Origin: Rhodospirillales bacterium
Lineage (GTDB): Bacteria; Pseudomonadota; Alphaproteobacteria; Rhodospirillales; UBA2165
Reading direction: 5' to 3'
NCBI GenBank assembly: GCA_030745835.1
Contig: JASLNU010000010.1
Coordinates: forward strand, 4,289-68,288
DNA: 64,000 nt
Positions within the stretch are counted from its first letter, which is position 1, and the number at the start of each line of letters is the position of its first letter. A program made the position numbers and the translations under genes. Of the stretch, positions 38,076 to 47,583 are shown one piece after another. The notes under the pieces were generated by a model. It was not told the origin of the DNA, did not search any database, and saw nothing but the letters and a program-made list of their open reading frames with translations.

Positions 38076-38627
38076 ATGGAAAGGTCGTTCGACGCCCAGA
38101 GGCTGCTTGGCCGCTGGACCCATGGGATCGCGCTGATCGGCGCCATCGGCATCATGGCGCTGGCCGGCGCGGTGGTCGTCGATGTGTTTCTGCGTTCTAC
38201 GTTCAACGCACCAATTCTGGGTGTCGACGATCTGGCCAAGTTCAATCTGGCGGTCATCGTGTCCAGCTTTTTTCCGGTTTGCCTGGTCGGCGGGCATTTC
38301 GTCACCATCCGCTTCCTGGGCAAGGCGCTGGGCAACAAGGGCGCCTGTTGGCTCGAGGTCCTGGGCGGCGTCGGCACCCTGTTCATTTTCATCCTGCTCG
38401 CCTGGCAGTTTTTCCGCTTCACCGTGTTCAACATCACCCTGACCGGCTTGGAAACCGACGTCCTGGAATGGCCCCTGGCGCCCTGGTGGTGGGTGGTGAC
38501 GACCATCATTTTCGCCTGCGTGCCCATTCAATTGCTGGTCATTTATGATGCCTTCAGGCGCGCCATCGAGGGCCGCCTGCCGGCCTACGAGGCGCACAAG
38601 GAAAGCGAGGCGGCGACCGGCGGTTAG
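38076..38627 (+). CDS. TRAP transporter small permease (DctQ family)
   Basis: 183 aa, 4 TM, positioned between the DctP-like and DctM-like genes. Confidence 0.8.
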   Translation: MERSFDAQRLLGRWTHGIALIGAIGIMALAGAVVVDVFLRSTFNAPILGVDDLAKFNLAVIVSSFFPVCLVGGHFVTIRFLGKALGNKGACWLEVLGGVGTLFIFILLAWQFFRFTVFNITLTGLETDVLEWPLAPWWWVVTTIIFACVPIQLLVIYDAFRRAIEGRLPAYEAHKESEAATGG

Positions 38628-38648
38628 GCGCCGGTCGCTGGGTGAATC

Positions 38649-39962
38649 ATGGATCCACTTATCATCGCTTTCCTCGGTATCATCGGCATGTTCGTGCTGA
38701 TCGCGCTGCATTTCCCGATCGGCATCGCCATGGCAATTGCCGGATTTGTCGGCATCATGGCGATGCTCGGCCCGGAACCGGCCTTTAGATCCTTTGCCAC
38801 CCTGCCGACCCAGGTGCTCACCACCCAGGAGCTTGGCGCTATCCCGATGTTCCTGCTGATGGGCAGCTTCGCCGCCGCCGCCGGACTGTCGACCGATCTC
38901 TACCGCCTGTTCCACGCCTTCGTCGGCCATTACCGGGGGGGCCTGGCGGCGGCGACCATCGGCGGCTGCGGCGGCTTCGGCGCGGTCTGCGGATCGTCCC
39001 TGGCGACGGCGTCCACATTCATGCGCATCGCCATGCCCGAAATGATCGACCGGGGGTATCGTCCGTCGCTCGCCGCCGGATGCATCGCCGCCGGCGGAAC
39101 CCTCGGCATCCTGATCCCGCCGTCCAACCTGATGCTGCTCTACGGGGTACTCACCGAGCAGTTCGTGATCGCGCTGTTCACCGCCGCCGTGGTGCCCGGA
39201 CTCATTTGCCTGGTCATTTATTTCATCACCATTTCCCTCTATGTGCGCATCAGCCCCCAGGCCGGACCGGCCGGGGAGCGCATGCGATGGCCGGAACGCC
39301 GGCGTGTCATCCTCGATTGCTGGGGCGTGGTCACCCTGGCCGGGGTGGTCAGCGGCGGCATCTATGGCGGCTACTTCACCATCCTCGAGGCGGCCGCCGT
39401 GGGCTGTATTTTCTCCCTCGCGTTCACCTATTTTCGCGGCCGGCTGAACTGGAACGTGCTCCGCAAGGTGCTGGCCGAAACCGCGGCGACCACCGGGCTG
39501 ATCTACATCATCATCTTCGGCGCCACCATTTTCACCGTCTTCATCTCGCTGACCCAGATGCCCGACACACTGGTCCGCGCCATCCAGGCGGCCAACGTCC
39601 CGTCGGGCATGGTGATTTTCCTGCTGCTGGTCATGTATATCATTCTCGGCAGTATATTCGAGACCGTGGCCGCCATGATCATCACCCTGCCGGTGGTCTT
39701 TCCGCTGGTCGTCGGGCTCGGCTTCGATCCCATCTGGTGGGGCATCATCAACATCATGGTGATCGAGATCGGCCAGACAACGCCGCCGATCGGCATCATC
39801 CCCTTCGTGCTGCACGGCATGCGGCCCGACATCCCGCTGAAAACCATCTTCACCGGCATCATTCCATTCTTTTTCGCCGATCTGACGCGGCTCGGAATCA
39901 TCGCCGTGTTCCCCGTGCTCGCCCTCTGGCTGCCCGATAGGCTGGGCATGCTGCTGAACTGA
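38649..39962 (+). CDS. TRAP transporter large permease (DctM family)
   Basis: 437 aa polytopic membrane protein with a typical DctM N-terminus (MDPLIIAFLGIIGMFVLIALHFPIGIAMA). Confidence 0.9.
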   Translation: MDPLIIAFLGIIGMFVLIALHFPIGIAMAIAGFVGIMAMLGPEPAFRSFATLPTQVLTTQELGAIPMFLLMGSFAAAAGLSTDLYRLFHAFVGHYRGGLAAATIGGCGGFGAVCGSSLATASTFMRIAMPEMIDRGYRPSLAAGCIAAGGTLGILIPPSNLMLLYGVLTEQFVIALFTAAVVPGLICLVIYFITISLYVRISPQAGPAGERMRWPERRRVILDCWGVVTLAGVVSGGIYGGYFTILEAAAVGCIFSLAFTYFRGRLNWNVLRKVLAETAATTGLIYIIIFGATIFTVFISLTQMPDTLVRAIQAANVPSGMVIFLLLVMYIILGSIFETVAAMIITLPVVFPLVVGLGFDPIWWGIINIMVIEIGQTTPPIGIIPFVLHGMRPDIPLKTIFTGIIPFFFADLTRLGIIAVFPVLALWLPDRLGMLLN

Positions 39963-39968
39963 GGCGGT

Positions 39969-41693
39969 TTACTCTTCTGGCGGGTAGGGCGGCAGTTTGC
40001 CGCCCGAAATGTATGTTCCGACCCGGTTGCCCTTGGTGATCGGCAGCAGCAGATGCGATGGATTTTCCGCATTGTGGTGGATCGAAACATGCGCCGCCGT
40101 CCGTCGCGCCACATGCCCGGTGCCGATCAGTTGCAGGTAATCCGCCGGCTTGTCGTCGGCGTCCGAGCATTTGATCCTGATGCCGATCCGTTCGCCGGCC
40201 TTAAGCTCGATACCGTAGGGGCGGACCTCGATGTTGAATTCGTAGATTTCATTGGGGGTCAAAGGTTCCCGCTCGGTGTGCTGATGGACCGGTTGCCAGG
40301 GCATCGAGGCGTCGGCATCGAGCCGGCGTTGCGATCCCCGCAACCAGCCGCGGGTCAGAAGCGTCTCTTTGCCGTCGGCATCGAAATGCAGCAGGCTGAC
40401 AAACCAGAGAATCTCGGTATCCGTGGTGGAGCCAAAGAGGTTGAGCACGATCGGCCCGCAAATTTCCGTCTTTTCGACCATTGGCGGCGAAGTGAATTGG
40501 GCGCTGCCGTGCGAAAACGGCGATTCCTCATAGGTGGTGAAACCTTCGTTGGGCCAAAACTCGTGCTCGCTGAGCAGGCCGTTCGCATGCAAATAAAACG
40601 GCGTCCACCGGGTTTCGGGAAGCGGCCACTCATCGGCCGCCTTCCACTCGTCGGTGCCGACGATGAACAGTTGCACCGGCGCCTCGTCCATTATCCCCGT
40701 ATCGATACCCTTCAGCCAATAGTCGAACCAACGCAAGCTTTCGTAGTCGTACTGGTAGAGCGGCCGATCGAGATAGACGGGCGGCCCGACGGTCATCTTT
40801 TTCGGACCTTTCCAGTTCTCGAAGGCACGAATGTCGCCCGGGAAGTGAAGTCCATAGACGCCCCAGTCGCCGCCCAAATAGGCCGGAATTTTTGTGTTCT
40901 CAAAATCCACCGAACGGTCCTTGAAGTAATCGCCGAGCAAATTGTTGACGATCAGATCGACGAGCATCGAATTGGCGCCTTCGTCGGGATTGCGCAGCGC
41001 GTCGGCCAGAAAGGGAACCGAATTAATCTCCGGATCGGCGAGCCGCTCCTTGACCACCTCGAAATATTTTTCCTCGCCCCATTCCTCTTTCAAGCTGTTT
41101 TCGGTGTTGAAGAACTGGCCATGGCCGGATACCCAATGGGCCATGAAGCCGTAATTGAAGATGCCGCCGTGGTAATAAAGGTCCCGATACATGTCGGTCC
41201 AGCCATAGGGGGCGAAGATGGCCTTCAGGTTGGGCGGGCCCAGCGCCGCCACCCGCTTCGACACCCGCGAAAAGTGCGACACGCCGGTCATGCCGATATT
41301 GCCGTCGCACCAGGGCTGCTTCGCCACCCAGTCGAGGGCCGCGCACACATCCTCGACGGACTGCGGATCGATATTGCCGAATACGCCGCCCGATCCCCTG
41401 GTGCCGGTGATATTGACGACGACCAGGGCATAGCCTCGGCGCACATAGAAATTAAAGTCCCCGGTTTCGATGAAGCCGCGCGCGTAGGAAAAGCCGATCG
41501 GCATCATCTCCATCGACTGGGTCGGCTTGCCGTAGGCATGGACGGCTACCAGCGCCGGAAACCTGTCTTCAGCGTCGGGCCGGAAAATATCGGAATCCAG
41601 TGTTACGCCATCGCGAACCGGAATCGCGACATCTCGGTTGATGGCGATACCGTATTCCCTTGGTGACGTCTGCCAAGTTTTTGAAAACATCAC
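39969..41693 (-). CDS. CocE/NonD family hydrolase (S15 X-Pro dipeptidyl-peptidase-like)
   Basis: 574 aa: alpha/beta-hydrolase N-terminal half (YVRRGYALVVVNITGTRGSGG, GMTGVSHFS) plus a C-terminal beta-sandwich region. Confidence 0.75.
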   Translation of the reverse strand: MMFSKTWQTSPREYGIAINRDVAIPVRDGVTLDSDIFRPDAEDRFPALVAVHAYGKPTQSMEMMPIGFSYARGFIETGDFNFYVRRGYALVVVNITGTRGSGGVFGNIDPQSVEDVCAALDWVAKQPWCDGNIGMTGVSHFSRVSKRVAALGPPNLKAIFAPYGWTDMYRDLYYHGGIFNYGFMAHWVSGHGQFFNTENSLKEEWGEEKYFEVVKERLADPEINSVPFLADALRNPDEGANSMLVDLIVNNLLGDYFKDRSVDFENTKIPAYLGGDWGVYGLHFPGDIRAFENWKGPKKMTVGPPVYLDRPLYQYDYESLRWFDYWLKGIDTGIMDEAPVQLFIVGTDEWKAADEWPLPETRWTPFYLHANGLLSEHEFWPNEGFTTYEESPFSHGSAQFTSPPMVEKTEICGPIVLNLFGSTTDTEILWFVSLLHFDADGKETLLTRGWLRGSQRRLDADASMPWQPVHQHTEREPLTPNEIYEFNIEVRPYGIELKAGERIGIRIKCSDADDKPADYLQLIGTGHVARRTAAHVSIHHNAENPSHLLLPITKGNRVGTYISGGKLPPYPPEE

Positions 41694-41765
41694 CTTCTCC
41701 TCTGATTTGTCCCGAATGCACCTGCCGCCGATCGAATTTCAGATACCGGCGGACGCCAATAACAT

Positions 41766-43700
41766 CTATGCCGGTTGCGAACTCCGCCGTGCCATTAATT
41801 CGATAAGGACGAATCCCGCGGCGAACACGATTCCTATCGAATTGGCGACCCCGGCGAATTGAAACAGATCGACGGGTACCAGTAAAACCAGCCCGGCGGC
41901 GGCGAGTACCAGGCGAGCCAAAATGCTCAATGGCCGCACGAAATAGCCGATCATAGTGACCGACACCAGCCAGGCGCCGACCAGAGCGGTTGCCAGATCC
42001 AAAATGATGGTTAACGAATCGCCGCGCATCAGAAGCGTTGTCGAGCCGACGAACATGAAGGGAATAACGAAGGCCAGCCAGCCGAAGCGCATGGCGGCGA
42101 AGCCGGTCTTCATCGGATCCGCGCCGGTCAAGGTGGCGGCCGCGAAGGCGCCGATACATACCGGCGGCGTGATCATCGACATCATGCCGAAATACATGAT
42201 GAACATGTGCGCCGCGATGGAATCGATACCGACCTCGATGAGCGCCGGCGCCACCAGCGTTGCCAGCAATACGTAAACGCCGACGGTGGGCATGCCCATG
42301 CCCAAGAGGATGCAGACGCCGGCGCCGACCACCAGCAAGGCGATCAGGCTGCCGCCGGCGATATGAACCAGAAACAGCGTCAGGCCGAAACCGAGGCCGG
42401 AAATGTTGAGTACCCCGATGACGATACCGGCGGCGCCGCCGATCATGACGATGTCGAGAACCGTGGTGCCGGTTTCCTTGATCGCCTCAAAGACGTCCCG
42501 GGGCGTAAGCCGCTTCCCTTTGTAACCTATGCCGACGCCGAAGACGATGACCGTCGCCGCCGCCCACAACGCCGATTCCTCGGGCGAATAGTTGAGGTTG
42601 AACAGGGCGACGATCAGCACCACGAAGGGCAGAGGGAAAAACCAGCCCGACTTGATGACCGGCCAGGCGCGTGGAATCTGTTCCGCGGGAACGCGTTTGA
42701 TGCCGCTTTTGGCGGCTTCCAAATCGGCCTGAATGAACAGCGCGACATAGTAAAGGACGGATGGGATGATCGCCGCCAGCACCACCTCGGTGTAGCCGAT
42801 CTGCAGGAACTCGGCCATCAGGAACGCGGCCGCGCCCATGATCGGCGGCATGAGCTGGCCGCCGGTCGACGCCACCGCCTCGATGGCGCCTGCGTGGTGG
42901 GCCCGATACCCGCCGCGGCGCATCAGGGGGATGGTGATGACCCCAGTGGTCACCACGTTGGAGACGACGCTGCCCGAGATCGAGCCGAAGAGGCTTGAGG
43001 CGAAAATCGAGATCTTGGCCGGGCCGCCCCGGTAGCGGCCCATGAGCACCATGGAAATGTCGGTAAAGAAGGCGGAGCCGCCCGATTTGAACAAAACCTG
43101 TCCGAAAAAGACAAAGGCGATAACGATGGTGGTGACGATGCGCATGGGGATGCCCAGGACCGCGGTCGGGTCCCATCCCAGATAAAGGACGAGCTCGGCC
43201 GGCGCCACCTGACGGCCGGCCAGCATTCCCGGCACCAGATGGCCGATCAGCGCGAAGACGAGGAACACGACCACCACCACCGTCAGCATGTTGCCGACCG
43301 TGCGGCGCACGCCCTCGGTGATCAGGAGGATCAAAATCGCGCCTACCGCCAGGGCGTCCAACGGCTGCTCGACCATACGCTCGACCAGGTCCGGGAAGCG
43401 GATCGACGTGTAGACCGCGGCGGCGAAGCCGATCACGGCGGCGGCGGCGTCGTACCAGGGAACCGGGCCCTCCCGCGCCCGGCCCTTTCCCGCGGGGACA
43501 TGCAGATAGACCAGCGGCAGAGCGATCGCCAGCATCCCTGCGAGATACTGTTCGGTGTAGATGAGCAGCCCAAAGGGGCGGAACAGATCGGTCGACCAGG
43601 CGATCGAGCCACCGATCAAGGCGACCGCGAAAACAGTGACGATAGCGCGCACGACCGGCTCGGCCGGCCGTGCGCTGTCTCGCGGATTATCTTCGCTCAT
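41766..43700 (-). CDS. TAXI-type TRAP transporter fused permease
   Basis: 644 aa polytopic protein located next to a TAXI binding-protein gene. Confidence 0.85.
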   Translation of the reverse strand: MSEDNPRDSARPAEPVVRAIVTVFAVALIGGSIAWSTDLFRPFGLLIYTEQYLAGMLAIALPLVYLHVPAGKGRAREGPVPWYDAAAAVIGFAAAVYTSIRFPDLVERMVEQPLDALAVGAILILLITEGVRRTVGNMLTVVVVVFLVFALIGHLVPGMLAGRQVAPAELVLYLGWDPTAVLGIPMRIVTTIVIAFVFFGQVLFKSGGSAFFTDISMVLMGRYRGGPAKISIFASSLFGSISGSVVSNVVTTGVITIPLMRRGGYRAHHAGAIEAVASTGGQLMPPIMGAAAFLMAEFLQIGYTEVVLAAIIPSVLYYVALFIQADLEAAKSGIKRVPAEQIPRAWPVIKSGWFFPLPFVVLIVALFNLNYSPEESALWAAATVIVFGVGIGYKGKRLTPRDVFEAIKETGTTVLDIVMIGGAAGIVIGVLNISGLGFGLTLFLVHIAGGSLIALLVVGAGVCILLGMGMPTVGVYVLLATLVAPALIEVGIDSIAAHMFIMYFGMMSMITPPVCIGAFAAATLTGADPMKTGFAAMRFGWLAFVIPFMFVGSTTLLMRGDSLTIILDLATALVGAWLVSVTMIGYFVRPLSILARLVLAAAGLVLLVPVDLFQFAGVANSIGIVFAAGFVLIELMARRSSQPA

Positions 43701-43711
43701 TCAACCCGGGA

Positions 43712-44670
43712 TCAATTCTTGGGCGGCCATAGCCCTTTTTCCCTATAGAACTTGATCGCACCCGGGTGGTAGGAAAGCGGGCCCTTCTTGGCCATCTTTT
43801 TTTGCGAAAACTGTTTGAGCACCGGGAAAACGGCGGCCATGTCCTTCTTGTTTCCGTGCATGGCCTTGGTCACCTTGTAGACCACATCCGCGGACTGGTT
43901 GGCATGGGTGATGATCAACAGATCGTAGGCCATGGCGGTCGAGGGCGCGGTAACGCCGTGGAATCGCTTGGCCGGTTTCACGTGCATCTGATAGGCCATG
44001 GGAATCACTCCCTGTAGGCGTTTCCAGGCCTCCGGCGATGGATCGAGGGATAGGAACCGGACACCTCCCACCTTGGCGCTGGCCTGAAGGATCTTGCCGG
44101 AGCCAAGGGCGAAGAAAAGTGCGTCGGTCTTGCCCTGAGCGAAGTCGCCGGCCGCGCGGACGACGTTCGGCGCCGGAACCTTCTTCACGTCGTCGTAGGT
44201 CAAGCCCGCATTGGCCAAGTGTCCCTTTATGACCTCGGCGATGACTTTCTGGGTCGTGAAGCCGCTGGATACTCTGGCCCCTTTAAGATCGCCAATTTTC
44301 TTGTAGGGCGAATCCTTGCGCACGAACAAACCCGGCGTCAGCGGGGCCATGACGGAAACGGCCCGCAAGTTCTCGTGCTTTTTCTTGTAGATCAGGCGCC
44401 CACGGTTCGCCAGCCAAGTCTCGTACGTGGCGAGCATGCCGAAATCCTTGGCCTGGGCGTTGAGTTGCGGAACCCAGATATTGGATCCGCCGGTCGGTTG
44501 CACCCGCATCTGCAGATCGGTGTTTTCCGATACGACCTTGGCAATCGCCGAGGCGGCTCCGTAGGTGAAGGAGCCTTGGCCCGAGGCCGCAACACCGACC
44601 GTCTGCGCATTGCCGGTTGTAGCCACAAGCGACGCAATGGCAGAGCCGTTAGTGTCGATTTAACATACAT
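43712..44670 (-). pseudogene. TAXI family TRAP transporter solute-binding subunit with an apparent 1-nt frameshift in the signal-peptide region (or a sequencing error)
   Basis: The mature-protein frame (43712-44626) has no ATG start or signal peptide. ATG 44670, with RBS GGGAGA, opens MYVKSTLTAL in another frame. The two frames join near 44639-44643. Confidence 0.6.
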
Positions 44671-44786
44671 TTCATTTCTCCCTAGTTCGCTGGAATTTTC
44701 CCGATTTGAGATCGATTTTGCTGTTTAAAAAAATTAAAGGGTTAATTGCCAGATAAGTCAACTTGACGGCAGGCGCGGCACACCGA

Positions 44787-45407
44787 TCAGGCCTCCAGCC
44801 AGGCCTTCGATTCGGCCAGAAGCGTCCTCTCTTCCGGGCTGTTGACGGTGATAATATTTTGCGCCGGCGGAATTCCTTTTTTGGCAAGCCGCCAGCTTAA
44901 GAACCTGACTTCGGGAGGAAACTTGGCGAAAGCGGTATCGCCGAAATAGCCGTCCGGTATGGCTTCGCCATGCACCGCGTCAAGCCGGTCTTTCTCGTAA
45001 ACCATGGTGCGCCGGAAGATCCGCCATTTATCATCATCGCGTCTTTCCAGGAGGTCAAAAAACTGCCCCCAGAATTCCCAATCGAATTCAAGATCGTCGA
45101 CGATCACCCGGGCACAATGATTGACGTGCGTTTGGCTGAAGGCCCGGGAACCGTTTATGGCGGTGTTCGGCGCGCTCATGATATGTTTGGCATGTTCGCC
45201 GCTGCCGAATTCCGACAGGCGATCGGCGGATTTATCGACGAATTCATGGCTGCTGCCGGAAATCCAGGCAATGTGGATGCTGCCGTCCTCGTGAAAACAG
45301 TCACGTAAGGAGTCCCAGTCGCCGCGGTCGCGCGCCTGCCCCCAGCGCATGATCAAATCGGTAATTTCCTGACCGTCAACCGCCGCCTGTAATCGTGCCG
45401 CATCCAT
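44787..45407 (-). CDS. SnoaL-like / NTF2 family protein
   Basis: 206 aa. N-terminal pattern (ITDLIMRWGQARDRGDWDSLRDCFHEDG) is typical of SnoaL_4/NTF2-like proteins. Confidence 0.6.
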   Translation of the reverse strand: MDAARLQAAVDGQEITDLIMRWGQARDRGDWDSLRDCFHEDGSIHIAWISGSSHEFVDKSADRLSEFGSGEHAKHIMSAPNTAINGSRAFSQTHVNHCARVIVDDLEFDWEFWGQFFDLLERRDDDKWRIFRRTMVYEKDRLDAVHGEAIPDGYFGDTAFAKFPPEVRFLSWRLAKKGIPPAQNIITVNSPEERTLLAESKAWLEA

Positions 45408-46277
45408 GTGACCCTCCCCAATCTTGAAACATTGGCAGTTTAACCGAGACTCAAAATTTAAACGGCTTTTTACCGGTCAAGTCAATTTAACGGCTCCCAC
45501 GGGCATCTGTATTCGGCGGTGAAGAAGTTGCGGCATTCGTCTGGCTTGAACAGGTCACGGGACCGTCCCGGCGGCTTTCCGCGGGTCATCGACGCCTCGC
45601 GCTTTTCAACGGCCATTGCCGGCGTCCCCGTTGCCGGCCCGCGCGTCCTTCCCCAGCCATGCCCGATACGCATGGCGAATGCGACATGCGACACCGGATT
45701 CGGCCATAGGCATCCTTGTCATTTATAGGCATTCATACCCTAATTTTTCGGTCATTATGCTAACGACAGCTCCCAACAACCTGCGCGAAACAAATCGTAA
45801 AATTCTTGAATGAAATCCTGGCAAGCCTAGTCATCGCCGTCATCGTCATCGACGCAATTGATGTTTAGAAGCTGAAGTCCATCAAAGTCGCCACGTAAAA
45901 TTTTTTGTTGAACATCAAGGTGATGGGTGCACGTGATAAAGAGTGGCGCCCCAGCATGCAAAAGGCGCGCGCGTTCTGGATTGGACTTGTGGTTGGTCTT
46001 GTAGACGCGATCCCACTCGGGGGCATCATAGGATACCCTTTTAGGGACATTTAAGTTTGGCCGCCCCCCGCCAACCCGCCAAAACCGGCGCCGGGCCATG
46101 CGGCAACTGCATGGCATGGGCGGCGGGGCAACGGACGCCGGCCATGCCCCGGTTCGCGCCCCTCGGGCGCGCCGTCAAACTTCCATATTCACGATTTAAA
46201 AGAGCAGAGGCATGATATAGAACGTATTGGGAACAATGCAAGGGGTGGGAGAAGCCGCCGGCGGCCGACATGGGAGT

Positions 46278-46300
46278 AAAATCATCCCGGTCAAATGGTT
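46278..46300. repeat. Isolated fragment of the palindromic element family
   Basis: AAAATCATCCCGGTCAAATGGTT is an exact reverse complement of 27844-27866 in copy A. Confidence 0.7.
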
Positions 46301-46320
46301 CCCATCTATCCGCAACCGCG

Positions 46321-47583
46321 CTAGCCGTTGCCCAGGTGCCCGACGATATTTTCCAGCGGCTCGATGCCGCCGCCGGGGCCGATGGTCGCGAAGGTCGGCC
46401 GGCTTGCCGCGACCCGGCCGGCGGCACGCAAAACGTCCTCGGCGCCGACCGCCTCTATCTTGGCGATGGTTTCATCGACCGGAATCGGGCGGCCGAAGAT
46501 CTGCAATTGCCGGGCCGCCTGCTCGCACCGTGACGAGGTGCTTTCCAGGCCCATCAGGGTGTTCGCCTTCAATTGCGCCCGCGCCCGCGCCACTTCGTCC
46601 TCGCCGACAACCTTGCAGGCGCGCGCCAATTCGCTGCAGATCAAGGGTACCAGCTCCGCCGCTTCGGTGCGGCCAGTGCCCGCATAGATGCCGAACAGGC
46701 CGCCATCCTCGTAACTGGCGGAAAAACTATAGATGCTATAGACCAGCCCGCGCCGTTCGCGCGCTTCTTGAAACAGGCGCGATGACATGCCACCGCCGAA
46801 CAGCGTCGAAAACACCGACAAGGCATAATGGTCTGGGTGATCGTGGCGCAGTCCTTCGAAGCCGATCACCAGGTGCACTTGCTCCAACTCACGGTTTTCG
46901 CGGTATTCGCCGCCCCGGTAGTCGAGAGGCTGGGCATCGCCGCGCCGCGTTTGCGAAAGGCCGTCGAACGCCGCTTCCACCAACTCGGCGAATGCATCGT
47001 GATCGACCTTGCCGGCGGCGGCGAGGACGATGCGTTCGGCCGTATATTCGTCGCCCATATATTCCAGGAGGGTTTGCCGCTCGATGCCGGCAATCAGCTC
47101 CGCCGATCCCAGAACCGGCCGCCCCATCGGCTGTTCGGGAAACGCGGCTGCCTGGAAATGATCGAAGATGATGTCGTCGGGAGTGTCCTGGGCCTGGTGG
47201 ATTTCCTGGATGATGACGGCCCGCTCGCGCGTCAGTTCGTCTTCGTCCAAAGTGGAATTTTGCACGATGTCGGCGATGATATCGACGGCCAGCGGCAGAT
47301 CGTCCTTCAGCACCTTGGCGAAATAGGCGGTGTTTTCGCGCCCCGTGTAAGCGTTTAGATGGCCGCCCACATTCTCGATTTCCTCGACAATGGCCTGCGC
47401 CGACCGGCGCCGCGTGCCCTTGAAGGCCATATGCTCGAGAAGATGCGAAATGCCGTTCAATTCCAGCGCCTCATGGCGGGTGCCGACGGCCACCCAGGCG
47501 CCCACCGAAGCCGTCTCGACGGTCGCCATTTCGTCGGTGACGACACGCAAGCCGTTGCCGAGGGTGGTGACGCGGACGCTCAT
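46321..47583 (-). CDS. M16 family zinc peptidase (mitochondrial-processing-peptidase-like)
   Basis: 420 aa with HxxEH in GISHLLEHMAFKGT. Confidence 0.9.
   Translation of the reverse strand: MSVRVTTLGNGLRVVTDEMATVETASVGAWVAVGTRHEALELNGISHLLEHMAFKGTRRRSAQAIVEEIENVGGHLNAYTGRENTAYFAKVLKDDLPLAVDIIADIVQNSTLDEDELTRERAVIIQEIHQAQDTPDDIIFDHFQAAAFPEQPMGRPVLGSAELIAGIERQTLLEYMGDEYTAERIVLAAAGKVDHDAFAELVEAAFDGLSQTRRGDAQPLDYRGGEYRENRELEQVHLVIGFEGLRHDHPDHYALSVFSTLFGGGMSSRLFQEARERRGLVYSIYSFSASYEDGGLFGIYAGTGRTEAAELVPLICSELARACKVVGEDEVARARAQLKANTLMGLESTSSRCEQAARQLQIFGRPIPVDETIAKIEAVGAEDVLRAAGRVAASRPTFATIGPGGGIEPLENIVGHLGNG

Noticed and set aside
37275-39815. 846-aa minus-strand ORF
   Set aside because: It lies antisense to the DctP/Q/M operon and has a low-complexity D/G/H/R/Q-rich composition with no recognisable motifs. 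This is a typical high-GC shadow ORF.
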